DNA from: the human T2T-CHM13v2.0 reference genome, Homo sapiens
Assembly (NCBI RefSeq): GCF_009914755.1
Contig: NC_060933.1
Length of the DNA stretch: 64,000 nucleotides
Strand: one strand, 5' to 3'
Positions within the stretch are counted from its first letter, which is position 1. Each line of letters begins with the position of its first letter. Positions 1 to 13,785 of this stretch are shown here, piece after piece. Position numbers and translations under genes: made by a program. Under the pieces are notes generated by a model that was given only the letters and a program-made list of their open reading frames with translations, did no database searches and had not been told where the DNA came from.

Positions 1-301
<301 letters not shown>

Positions 302-1564
302 TTACTATAATTGTATACTACAAATACTATTGGTTACAGTGTATTTTCTTTAGATTAATTACTTTTTTCTTAAACATTTTAAGAAATACTATCTTTGAAA
401 TTCACAAATTTTTATATACAAGTTACAGACATGAAATGAAATATATTGCTATTAAAATAAAACAGCATTTAACTCTGTGCAACTTAATGTGATCTGCTTC
501 ACAGTCTCAACATACTCACTATGTGAGAAATGTGTGGGCTTAAAGCTGCCAACAAGATGATAGCTAGCCTCTTCATCCCACAAAGTTCCCCACTCCAAAC
601 TACAACCTCAGTTGAAAAATAAGTTAAAATAAAATCTGTTCCAGAATGCAGATCTTTCAAATACCTGTTCAGTTAATAATATTTCTAATCACAGTGAATC
701 TCATGCAGTGTCTGAAGTTTTTTTTAAACTCCCAAGGAGGCTCATCCCTGGATTCTCCCTTTGCTTATCTGAATATCCTATCACCCCCATTCCTACTTTC
801 TCTCTAAGAGTCCCTTCTGGCGGGTGAGTCCTGCAGGAAAAATCAAAAAAGGACAAATTCTGTCTTTACTCACCAAAACCAACTTCTCCCAAATGGCTAA
901 CACTGTCCCATATCGATGCTGGCTCTGCAGCTGAAATATGGAAATATTTTTGCTTGGTTGAAACCACACCCTGGATCACTCCTGCTTGCGGGGCACGGAG
1001 AAGGCACCCACACCTGCACCTCCCAGTTTCTTGCCCTAAGCCAACACCACCTCCAGCCTGACCACCCACACAGTCACCATCAGCCCCCAACCCCACTCCC
1101 TTTCAGCTGCATTGACTCTATTACTGTGGTGAACACCTGCAGGAAGGTAGGTACTCCAGCACCTGCTAGCAGTCTACTGCAGCTGCCGCTATCACTGCTG
1201 CTGGCATGCACAAATGAGGACGGATCCCACTTACCACATCACAGAACCTTTTGGCTGACACCACCCATGGGAGTGTGATGAGAAGCAGTCTGTGAGAACC
1301 TCAGCATCCCCAGTGCAGTAGATTCCTGACCTCCAGGAGACAGAGAACAAAGTTGCAGCCCAGTACAAGTCTCCCATATTTAAAGCACACAGTCCAGGAG
1401 TTAGGAGCTGAGTGTTGGCTCCCTAAAATCTTCTAGAAATGAAGCCAGTCAGCTGAATCCACCTTATACCAGAATCAAACACTCAAGGTTATCAAATAGG
1501 ATAAGAGAAAAAAAAATCCAAACACCAGCAACCTAAAAAATTGAAGGAAGATAAGCCCAAAACG

Positions 1565-2586
1565 ATGAGAAAGAATCAGTGCAAGAACCCTGAGAACTTA
1601 AAAAGCCAGAGTGCCTTCTTTCTTCCAAATGACTGCATCACCTCTATAGCAAGGGTTCTGACTGGGTTGAGATGGCTGAAATTACAGAAATAGAATTCAG
1701 AATATGGATAGTAACAAAGATCCTTGAGCTATAGGAGAACATTAAAACCCTATACAAGGAAGCTACAAATCATGATAAAACAATGCAGGAGCTGACAGAA
1801 AAAAATACTCAGTATAGAAAAAATACCATAAAGCAACCTGATAGAGCTGAAAAACACACTATAAGAATTTTACAATGCAAATTGCAAGTATTAAAAGAAA
1901 AATATACCAAGTGAAGAATAGACTCTCAGAGCTTGAAGACTGGCTTTCTGAAATAAGACAGGCAGACAAGAATACAGAAAAACAGAATGAAAAAAGAATG
2001 AACAAAAACTTCAAGAAATATGGAATTATGTAAAGAGGCCAAATCTATGACTCACTGGTGTCCCTGAAAGAGATGGGGAGAATGGAACCAACTTGGAAAA
2101 TGTACTTCAAGATATTGTCCATGAGAACTTTCACAACCTAGCAAGACAGGCCAACATTCAAATTCAGGAAAGGCGGAAAACCCCAGTATAATATTGCAAA
2201 AGAAGATCATCCTCAAGACACATAATTATCAGATTCTCCAATGTTGAAATGAAATAAAAAATGTTAAATGCAGCTAGAGAGAAAGGTCAGGTCACCTACA
2301 AAGGGAAGCCCATCAGACTAATAGCAGACCTCTTAGCAGAAACCCTACAAGCCAGAAGAAATTGGAGGCCAATATTCAACATTCCTAAAGAAAAGAAATT
2401 CCAACCAATAATTTCATATCCGGCCAAACTAAGCTTCATAAGCAAAGGAGAAATAAGATCTTTTTCAGAGAAGCAAATGCTAAAGGAATTTATGACTACC
2501 TGACTAGCCTTACAAGAGCTCCTGAAGGAAACACTAAATATAGAACAGAAAGACTATTAACAACCAGTACAAAAACACACTGAAGT
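1565..2586 (+). pseudogene. Disrupted L1 ORF1p
   Basis: ATGAGAAAGAATCAG start; track ORF 2261-2503 matches the ORF1p C-terminal domain; frameshifts and stops. Confidence 0.85.
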
Positions 2587-3365
2587 ACACAGACCAGTGA
2601 CACTATAAAGCAAACACATAAATAAGTCTGAAAAAGAGCCAGCTAACATCATGCTGATAAGATCAAATCCACACATATCAATACTAACCTTGAATGTAAA
2701 TGGGCTCAATGTCCCAATTGAAAAGCAGAGAGTGGCAAGCTGCATAAAGAACCAAGATCTATTGAAAGGCTGTATTCCAGAGACCCATCTCAAATGCAAT
2801 GGCACATATTGGCTTAAAATAAAGGAATGGGGAAAAATCTACCAAGCAAATTGAAAACAGAAAAAAGAGGGATTGCAATCCTAGTTTCAGACAAAACACA
2901 CTTTAAATAAACAAAGATAAAAAAAGACAAAGAATGGACATTACGTAATTGAAAAGGGTTTAATTCCACAAGAATACCTAACTATCCTAAACATACATGC
3001 ACCCAATACAGGAGCACCCAGTTTCATAAGGAAAGTTCTTAGAGACCTTCAAAGAGATTCAGACTCCTACACAATAATAGTGGGAGACTTTATCACCTCA
3101 CTGACAATATTAGACTGATAATCAAGTCAGAAACTTAACAAAGATATTCAGGACCTAAACTCAACACAGGGTCAAATGGACTTGACAGACATCTAGAGAA
3201 CTCTCCACTCAAAGAGAACAGAATATAAATTCTCATTGCCACATGGTATATACTCTGAAATCAATCACATAACCAAAAGTAAACACTTTTCAGCAAATAA
3301 AATAGAACTACAATCATAAAAAAACAGTCTCTTAGACCACAGTGCAACCAAATTAGAAATCAAGA

Positions 3366-3699
<334 letters not shown>

Positions 3700-3914
3700 T
3701 TAAAACCATACAATTATATAGAAATTGAATAACCTATTCCTTAATGACTTTTGGGTAAATAATGAAATTAAGGCAGAAATCAAACTAATGAGAACAAAGA
3801 TACAACACACTAGAATCTCTGAGACACAGCTAAGGCAGTGTTAAGAGGGAAATTTATAGCACTAAATGCCCACATCAAAAAGTTAGAAAGATCTTAATTT
3901 AAAAACCTAACATC

Positions 3915-4250
<336 letters not shown>

Positions 4251-5761
4251 AAACCCTAACATCACAAATGAAAGAACTAGAGAACCAAGAACAAACCAAT
4301 CCCAAAGCTAGCAGAAGACAAGAAATAACTAAAATCAGAGTTGAACTGAAGGAGATTGAGACACAAAAAAACCATTCAAAAGCTCAACTAATCCAGGAGC
4401 TTTTTTTTTTTTTTGAAAAAATTAATAAAATAGATAGACTTCTAGCTAGATTAATAAAGGAGAAAAGAGAGAGGATTCAAATAAACAATCAGAAATGACA
4501 AGTGGGATATTAACACCTACCCTACAGAAATACAAACAACCATCAGAGAATATTATGATCACTTCTATCACATAAACTAAAAAACATAGAAGAAATGGAT
4601 AAATTACTGGACACACACACCTTCCCAAGACTGAATTAGGAAGAAATTGAATCTCTAAACAGATCAATAATGAGTTCTGAAATTTGAATCAATAATAAAT
4701 AGCCTACCAACAAAAAAAATCCAAGACCAGACAGATTCACAGCTGAATTCTACCAGATATACAAAGAAGAGCTCGCACCAGTCTTGCTGAAACTATTCGA
4801 AAAAATTGAGGAGGAGAGACTCCTCCCTAACTCATTCTATGAGGCCAGCATCATCCTAACACCAAAACCTGGCAGAGACCCAACAAAAAGAGAAAACTTC
4901 AGGCCAATATCCTTGATAAACATCAATACAAAAATCTTCAACAAAATACTGGCAAACCAAATCCAGCAGCACATCAAAAAGTGTATCTGCCACAATCGAG
5001 TAGGCTTTATTCCTGGAATGCAAGATTGGTTCAACATACACAAATCAATAAATGTGATAAATCACATAAGCAGAACTAAAGACAAAAACCATGATTACCT
5101 TAATAGATGCAGAAAAAGCTTTGATAAAATTAAACGCCCCTTCAAGTTAAAAACTCTCAATAAACTAGGTGTTGAAGGAACAATACCTCAAAATAATAAG
5201 AGTCATCTATGACAAACCCACAGGCAACATCACACTGAATGGGTAAAAACTGGAAGCATTCCCCTTCAAAAGTGGCACAAGACAAGAATGCCTTCTCTTA
5301 CCACTCCTATTCAACATAGGATTGAAAGTCCTGGCCAGCTCAACCAGGCAAGAGAAAGAAATAAACAGCATCTAACTAGGAAGAGAGGAAGTCAGATTAT
5401 TCCTGTTTGCAGAGAACATGATTCTATATCTAGAAATCCCCATAGTCTCTGCCCCAAAGCTCCTTAAACTGATAACTTCAGAAAGTCCATGTGTAAAAAT
5501 CACTAATATTCCTATACGCCACCAACAGTCGAGACAAGAATCAAATCAGAAATGCAAACCCTTTCACAATTGCCACTAATAAAATAAAACACCTATGCAC
5601 ACAGCTACCAGTGAAGTAAAAGATCTCTGAAAGCAGAACTATGAAACACTTCTCAAAGAAATCAGAGATAACACAAATAAATGGAAAAATATTCCATGCT
5701 CATGGATAGGAAAATTCAATATTATTAAAATGGCTACACAGCCAAAAGCAATTTATAGATT

Positions 5762-6121
5762 TGATAGGGTTTGGTTGCGGCCCCACCCAAATCTCACCTT
5801 GAATTGTAGCTCCCATAATTCCTACATGTTGTGGGAGGGATCCAGTGGGAGATAATTGAATCATGGGGGAAGTTTCCCCCATACTGTTCTCATGGTAGTT
5901 AATAAGTTTCAGGAGATATGATGGTTTTATAAGGGGAAACCCCTTTTGCTTGGTTCTCATTCTCTCTTGCCACCGCCATGTAAGAAGCGCCTTTCATCTT
6001 CCACCATGATTGTGAGGCCTTCCAGCCACATGGAACTGTGAGTCCGTTAAACCTCTTTTTCTTTACAAATTACCCAGTCTTGGGTATGTCTTTATCAGCA
6101 CTGTAAAGATGGACTAATACA
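5762..6121 (+). mobile_element. THE1-family MaLR solo LTR (THE1D-like)
   Basis: TG...CA termini (TGATAGGGTTTGG ... GGACTAATACA); perfect 5-bp TSD AGATT; L1 sequence resumes in register. Confidence 0.93.
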
Positions 6122-6421
6122 AGATTCAGTGCTATTCCTATTAAACTACCATTGCAATTCTTTAAAGAACTGGAAAAAACTATTTTAATATTCATGTGGT
6201 ACCAAAAAAGAGCCCAAACAGCCAAGGAAAACCTAAGCAAAAAGAACAAAGCTGGAGGCATTGTGCTACCTGACTTCAAACCACTATGTGGTTACAGTAA
6301 CAAAAACAGCATGCTACTGATACAAAAACAGACACCCAGACAATAGAATACAATAGGAAACCCAGAAATAATTCTGCACACCTACAGCTGTTTGATTTTC
6401 AACAAACCTGATGAAACAAGC

Positions 6422-6445
6422 TTATATGGTTTGGTTGTGTCCCCA
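6422..6445 (+). mobile_element. 5' stub (~24 bp) of a THE1/MST LTR
   Basis: TTATATGGTTTGGTTGTGTCCCCA matches the MaLR LTR start TGATATGGTTTGGCTGTGTCCCCA. Confidence 0.7.
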
Positions 6446-7748
6446 AGTGGTCTTCAAAAGTCCATGGAAAATGTGTATTATGAAAAAAACTATGCATGAG
6501 TTTCAAAAATTTTTTGCACCAAACTAAGCTCATGCTGTTATACCATGTCCGAACATAATCTAGTTTGAGGCACTAAGCACTATAAGGCATCAATTTGAAA
6601 AAGGCTGCTATCAGAACAACATGAATTCTGCTAATACTGAAGCAAGAACAAACATGAAATTCATGGTGAAGGTTGTGTGGAAGAATGGTGACTTCATTAA
6701 TGCTTTATGAAAAGTTTATGAGGACAACGTCCCAAAGAAATGGGCAGTTTACAAATGGAGAACTCACTTTAAGATGGGCTGAGACAGTGTTGAAGATGAA
6801 GCCTGCAGCAGCAGACCATCTACATTAATTTGTGAGGAAAAAATTCATCTTTTTCGATGCCCTAATTGAAGAGGACCAGTGAGTAACAGCAGAAACAATA
6901 GCCAATACCATATACATCTTAAACGGTTCAGCTTACACAATTCTGACTAAAAAATTAATTAAAGTTGAGCAAACTTTCTCCTCAATGGGTGCCAAAACTG
7001 TTGTGCCCACATCAGCTACAGACAAAAGCAGAGCTTTCAATGGATATTTTAAACAAGTAAAATAAAGATCCTGAAGTATTTCTTTGAAGAAACATAACAG
7101 GAGATGAAACATGGCTTAACCAGTATAATCCTGAAGACAAGGCACAGTCAAAGCAATAGCTACCAAGAGGTGGAAGTGGCCTAGTCAAAGCAAAAGCAGA
7201 CCTGTCAAGAGCAAAGGTCATGGCAACCGTTTTTTGGGATGTTCAAGGCATTTTGCCTTTTGACTTTCTGAAGGGCCAAAGAATGGTAACATCTGCTTGT
7301 TATGAGAGTGTTTTGGAAAGGTTAGCCAAAACTTTAGCAGAAAAATGCCCGAGAAACCTTAACCACAGAGTTCTTCTCCACTACAGCAATGCTCCAGCTC
7401 ATTCTTTTCATCAAATGAGGGAAATTTTGTGAGCGTTTTGAAGGGAAATCATTAGCCATCCACCTTACAATCCTGACATAGCTCCTTCTGACTTCTTTTT
7501 GTTTTTTTTTTAATCCTAAAAAGTCTTAAAAATGTGCCCATTTTTCTGCAGTAAATAATGTAAAAAAAGACTGTGTTGACATAATTAAATTCCCAGGACA
7601 TTCAGTGCTTTAGAGACAAACTAAATGGCTGGTATCATTACTTAACAAAAGTGTCTTGAGTTTGATAGAGCTTATGTTGAGATGTAAAGTATCTATTTTT
7701 ATTTTTATCTTTAAATCCGATTTTCCATAATCTTTTTGAGTCCTTTTG
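6444..7748 (+). mobile_element. HSMAR2 mariner DNA transposon, essentially full length (~1.3 kb)
   Basis: Degenerate ~30-bp TIRs at both ends; TA after the right TIR; mariner transposase motifs inside. Confidence 0.93.
6621..7687 (+). pseudogene. Dead Hsmar2 D,D34D transposase
   Basis: MNSAN start, WVPK, TGDETW, ATVFWD, LLHYSNAPAH (HDNA with D>S), HPPYNPDIAPSDF; multiple stops and frameshifts. Confidence 0.9.
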
Positions 7749-8139
7749 TACAATGCAATGATCAGATAACAGTCTGAGTCAGAAGCAAGTAGACCACAAC
7801 TCTTTGCCCACTTTTTCTGCAGTTGGGCAATTGCCTTGCCTTCCATCTGATGCCAACAACAGCAGAAGCCTGAACAAGTGGAAATGAAGCCACGATAAGG
7901 AAGAAACCACCTACACTATGTCAAGATCCTTGCCACCTGCCTCCTATGCTTGACTCAGGACCTTGCAGCTAGGCTTGTACCTCCCACACAGAAAATTGGA
8001 AGATTCCTCTGCAGGAAGCTGACCATCCCACCAAATGGGTGCTTAGAATGAAATTGCTCAGTCAGATCCCATACAATGAAGTTCACAAGGTGACAAATCA
8101 AGTCTGAGAAAACAGAGAATTTAATTATGCTTTCCAGAG

Positions 8140-8545
8140 CCTCAAGTTTATACATAAGCAGGCAGTTAAGTATAGGCAGGTATTTGTAGGAGACCTCTAA
8201 CATAAAAGACTGAGACCAAACAGACAGTCAAACAAGCAAACAGATAAAATGAATTTCCAGAAAAAACACAAATGCAAGCAAGAAAATAAAATATTGAAAC
8301 ATTAAAAACATTACAATTAATATTCTCAGAGAATAAGATAGTGTATTCTTGAAATAACATAGAATGCTATTTTTAGAGAAGGAACATTTAGAATCAATAA
8401 ATGTGCAGTTGGAACTTTAAAAAAAATAAAAAGAAATCCATAGCAAGGCTGGAAAATAAGTTGGAGATATCAGCCAGAAAATAGTATCCCTTGTTAATAG
8501 GGAAAAAAGAGAAGATATAAGAGAGAAAAGATAAGAAAATTTTAT
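8140..8545 (+). mobile_element. HAL1 / ancient L1M ORF1-like remnant
   Basis: ATTAATATTCTCAGAGAATAAGA ... GGCTGGAAAATAAGTTGGAGATATC ... AGAGAAAAGATAAGAAAATT resembles the HAL1 consensus. Confidence 0.6.
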
Positions 8546-8599
8546 CATTATGACTCTAAAAAGAATGTTACACGACTCTAAAATTGAGTGCTAAAGGAT

Positions 8600-8890
8600 C
8601 AGGTAATAGGATTGGGGTCTGTGAAAGGAGAGGGTCCAGTTGAAAGTTTAGATACTGTAGCCACAGCTGGTCCTACTGACAAGGTGGCTTTTGGATAAAG
8701 GCATGAAGTGAAGTGAAGAGGCTCACACCTGTGATACCTGGGGATGGCAATCCCAACAGAGGCAATGACAAATAGAAAGGAAGTAGGCTTCCTATGTTTA
8801 AGAAACAGCAAGTAGGTCATTGTGGCTGGAGTGGAGTCAAAGAGAAACTGGAGGTAAAGATGGCAGATTCTGGTTGGTTTTATATAGAAC
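8600..8890 (-). mobile_element. L2 LINE fragment
   Basis: Typical antisense L2 motifs, e.g. AAGAAACAGCAAGTAGGTCATTGTGGCTGGAGTGGAGT. Confidence 0.6.
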
Positions 8891-9204
8891 TGTTATGGGT
8901 CAGGCTTGATTGATTTTTTTCTTCCATTAAGATCAGTTTTTTTTTTCTCATGAATGTCCTCAGTCATTCTTCAAGTAGAATTCTGTAAGTAGACTCTGCT
9001 CAAATAATATATTGAGTATCTTCAGTTATGGAATAAATGTAATATAGTTTTCTACTACTATGAATTTTCCTTAAAGGTATTTCTTTAGAGATTCTCTTCC
9101 CTATTAGTGTCTTGAAAACATTTGATTTTTATTTGCTTTCTCTCTTGAATCATGGTTTTCCCGGAATTATTCTAGTTTTTAACAGCTAAAAACTAATAAG
9201 AAAT

Positions 9205-9534
9205 TGCAACTAACTGGCAGCCTACTGGCATATTTTTTCCAGTTGGTAGAATTGTGGCTAGTGCTAAAACAAAGAAGCAAGCGATTCTCAACATATGAAG
9301 TTAGCTGATTTCATACATGACCTTTGGATTTCTGGCTTCCGTTGAATAATGGGGCTCTCTGGCAACACTGGGCTTACATTCCCACTGGTCAGTTGGTTGG
9401 AATTATATCACATGGCTGCTTTTTGTTCTGAGAATACCCCTCTCACTTTTCCTGCTGCCTCAAACTCCTGAAATGTTTTACTCATTTATATTACCTCTAT
9501 TCTCTCTTGAAGGTATTTAAGTTTTCCAACTCTG
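9205..9534. mobile_element. MER102-like hAT-Charlie element
   Basis: CTGGCAACACTGGGCTTACATTCCCAC and TTTACTCATTTATATTACCT match MER102. Confidence 0.6.
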
Positions 9535-10248
9535 TTCTAGATGAACAGGGTAGATTAAAATATGAATCTCTGAAAGGTAGGTTAAAATATGAATCTCTCA
9601 CTTAATAAACTGGTACATTCTATGGCTGTCCCACTCCCAGGGAAATGTAGAGGGACAGCTTGAATTATTTTGAGTGGCAGGTCCCTTTGTTGGAACAGAA
9701 ATTATCCGGGGGGAAAACAACCTCCTTTAGTGTTGGCATCAGGCTACTTTGGATCTGGTGTACTGCTCCTTATCTCACTAACACCAATTCATTCAATTTG
9801 AGGAATATAAAAAAAGAAATTTCTCAAAGTATTCTTAGTCTGTCTGATTTCATGTTCTCATCAGACAAGTTTATGCCCGATGAGGAATATGAATACTATT
9901 ATTTAGATAGATCATTAAAAATGTCTTTGAACTCATACAATTTCTATTTATTATGTCAAATGGCATTTCACTAACATACTATAAAACATTGGCAGGCTAT
10001 TGGTCAGGGTAATGTCAGGCTATATTGCAGCAACACATACACCTTATAATTGCAAGTGCTTAACCCAACAAAGTCTTTTTTTTCCCCCTCGAAAATTCTC
10101 ATGATGGTTGGGGGGATTCTCCAAGGCTGTTATCTTCTTCCTAGCTTTTCAAGGAATCCCATCTTCTTACAAGTAGTGATGCTTTCAGCTCAACAAGTAT
10201 CTTCTAGAGTAGTTGCAGCAAGGGATGAGAAATTTAGAAAATTCAAAG

Positions 10249-10439
10249 TAAGATTACCAGAAAAAACAGGAGGCCCAGTCAAATTTGAATTTCAGATTAA
10301 CCAGGAATAATTTTTACTATAATTATGTCCCAAATATTGCATGGCACATGCTTGCTTATACTAAGAATATTTGTTGTTTATCTAAAATTCAAATATAGCT
10401 GTTGTCTAGTATTTTTATTTGCTAAATCTGGCAATCCTA
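10249..10439. mobile_element. MER53 palindromic hAT MITE
   Basis: AAATTTGAATTTCAGATTAAC / GTTTATCTAAAATTCAAAT inverted arms; ends CTGGCAATCCTA. Confidence 0.85.
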
Positions 10440-10614
10440 AATCAAACCTGATTTTGGGTATCTCAGCCTAAAGATGACATACCTCTTTACTGCTCACAGC
10501 CCTTTGGAAAGAACTGGTCAGGTAGTCTTAACCTGAATCTGAAGGAGGCCAGGAAATTTAGAGAAACACATAGATTATTTGGTAAGCATTTTTATATTTA
10601 TTGCACAGTTTTAG

Positions 10615-10800
10615 AAATAGAAGTTTTAGAATCAAAGCCATCTCTGATATATTCACCTCATTAACATTTAGTCACTTTACAGATGAGAAAACTAAACCCA
10701 GAGGGGTGAAGGAATGTGTTCATTTTACACAGTTATTTAGTGGCTGGCTGAGAATCCCAGATACTACTGAGTCACATCTTAGGTCTACTTCCATTAAATG
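10615..10800 (-). mobile_element. MIR SINE
   Basis: Core TTTACAGATGAGAAAACTAAACCCAGAG. Confidence 0.65.
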
Positions 10801-12462
10801 GCGCCGACTCTCTGGACCTCCTTTGAAATTAACATATAACTTATTTCCATAATAAATGTGTAAGTCATACACATGTGTGAGAAATTTTCTCAGATCTAGT
10901 TATCCCTTAAGATTGAGAAGCCAATCACAATGCATACAAAAATGTACCTGAATGTTTAATTCATAAAATACCCTGTCAGCATAATCAGAAGCAAAATATT
11001 GTTGGTGTAGAGTTACAGAATATAGAAAAATGGAGGGAAACATTTAGTTCATATTAAAACGTACAACTTTTACCTTTTTTCGTTTTACTCCTTTTCCTAG
11101 TAAATCAGAGTCCCAGCTACAATGCATCAAGTAATGGCTTAATCAGCAGCTAGAGATGGTCTGAGGTCTGCTTCAGTGAGTGAGAAGCTGGCACTAAAGG
11201 CATTTAAGCATCTTCCAGCCATTTCACACAGTTGATTGTAATGATTGTTGATTGTAATGATTTTTGAGCCATTCTATATTATGGGAAATGTCAAAATCAG
11301 TATTGTCCAAGAACTCAAACATTTGAAAAACGAGTTTATGGGATGTGGAAGTGGAGAAGAAACCACTAGTTGTGGACAGCAGCTAATCTAATAGCCGAAT
11401 TTTTTTCTTTGTTAGATTGAAGTGGCTCTTTATCACTGCCAACCACTCCTCACTGCTCTTGCCTGTCCTCCTTTTCCCCCTACATCATCACTTCATATTG
11501 ATTATTCTGAGTGTAGGGTATTATTTGTGAAGTGCTTTGTCATTTGTACTAGCAGAAAGGTCACCATTTGCAACACTTTCACAGCAGAACATCCCCTTTT
11601 TGGTGTTATGCAAGTTGTTTTTCACTCATATTGTAAAAGACAGAGGCTATCAAAACATTTGGCAGCTAATCACAATAAAAATACATATTGTATCTGTCTC
11701 CCTACATGTATATTTCAGAGACAGTCTTGAAATAGTACCCTGCCTTGAATAATACACTGACGTTATCTTTGCTTTCCTATTTTATATTTTTTTTCTATTT
11801 TTTTGTTATCGTCTCCTTCATTCTATTAAAAATGCTTCAATATATTAAATTGATTTGACTCAATAAGGGTCTTAGCTCATATTTTCTAAACATTGATATA
11901 AGCATGCTTACTTGACTGCCTCTAGAATGCTTCAAAAAGTTAGCGTTTTTGACCAATATTACTTAGACTGGAGGGGGAGTTCTATGAGTTCTCCTTGTAT
12001 TTGCATGCTTAAAAATATTAAAATAAACTTAACTTGTGGATTTTGTAAGCATTGTTCCCAGAATTTTGCCCTATTTCTTTCATTTTTCATTTCTTTATTC
12101 CCATGTCTTCTCATATGCACTTAATTTTTTAAAACATACTTTTGAATTTCAGATGATGTGCAATCATCTTAGTTGTTTTGCATAGCACAATGCTAAGAAC
12201 TTAGAAATTTTGATAATAATGCTAAACAATTAATAAAAAGTTACATTATTTTTGATATACATTCCACTGCTTAATTAACATTATTTATTTACCAAATGTT
12301 TCTAAATTATATTTTAAATTTTTTGATCACTGCATAAATATAGACACATACATTGTATATATGTGTACATATATAAATTCATTTATATCTGTTTGCTTTA
12401 ATGTAGTACAGTAAAATTTAACAATTTAACAAAATAATTAATTCATTTTTTAAAAGCATTTA

Positions 12463-13132
<670 letters not shown>

Positions 13133-13595
13133 TATTCCCATATTATATGGAGATATAGGCTTCAAAGCTCCCATACTATTGCTTCTCCCCTGCACTGCCA
13201 TGTGTTTGATATATGCCATTTTTCAATGTTTTGGCAGCTTCAAATGAGAAAATAGTAGACATTATTTCTGTTTTGTTTTCTGGTGTTCATTAAGTTGGCT
13301 CTCAAATTTCTATTGATCCTACATTTCACAAATAACCATCAAAAGAATATAAAAACTATGAAATTTGGTCAGGGAAAACAAAACCCAGAACAGAGGCTCT
13401 GTTGAAGAGCAGCTGCACATTCTCCTCTCCTGGGGATCAGGGCTGGAGATTGACTGGGGGAAAGAATGGACCAGAAGCACATGGGGGCCTGGGGGATGGG
13501 GAGGAAACTGCTGAGTCCAGGTGTGGTGCTCAGGATCTCAGGTCTCACTCATTTCTCCATCCACAGGCATTATGCCTGTCTAAGGCATTGAGTCT

Positions 13596-13785
13596 GTTTT
13601 GCACTTTTCTCTTTTTTTCTCTTTCTATTTTCTTTACTAAGTCCAACACTTTTTCTTTTCTTTTCCATTTTCCTCTATTCTCCCAATCTTTTTTTGCCCT
13701 CTCTTTCTTTCTTCTTTTCTCTGATTTCCCTTTTCCACCTTCTCCCTTCTTTCTTCTTTTTCTTTGTTCTTTTCCTTTCTCTCAT
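13596..13785. repeat. CT-rich low-complexity polypyrimidine tract
   Basis: About 190 bp almost entirely C/T. Confidence 0.8.

Noticed and set aside
4784-5212. 142-aa ORF with RT motifs as an active retroelement gene
   Set aside because: Fragment of a frameshifted, interrupted, 3'-deleted L1 ORF2
9843-9895. Minus-strand CTGATGA-GAACAT-GAAA hammerhead-like core in a small hairpin
   Set aside because: Stem II is at most one G-U pair, and no stem I can form next to the candidate cleavage triplet
11060-11181. Plus-strand 75-nt exon candidate (11101-11175) with a good pyrimidine tract
   Set aside because: Stops in all three frames, weak exonic donor context (TCA|GTGAGT) and no other support
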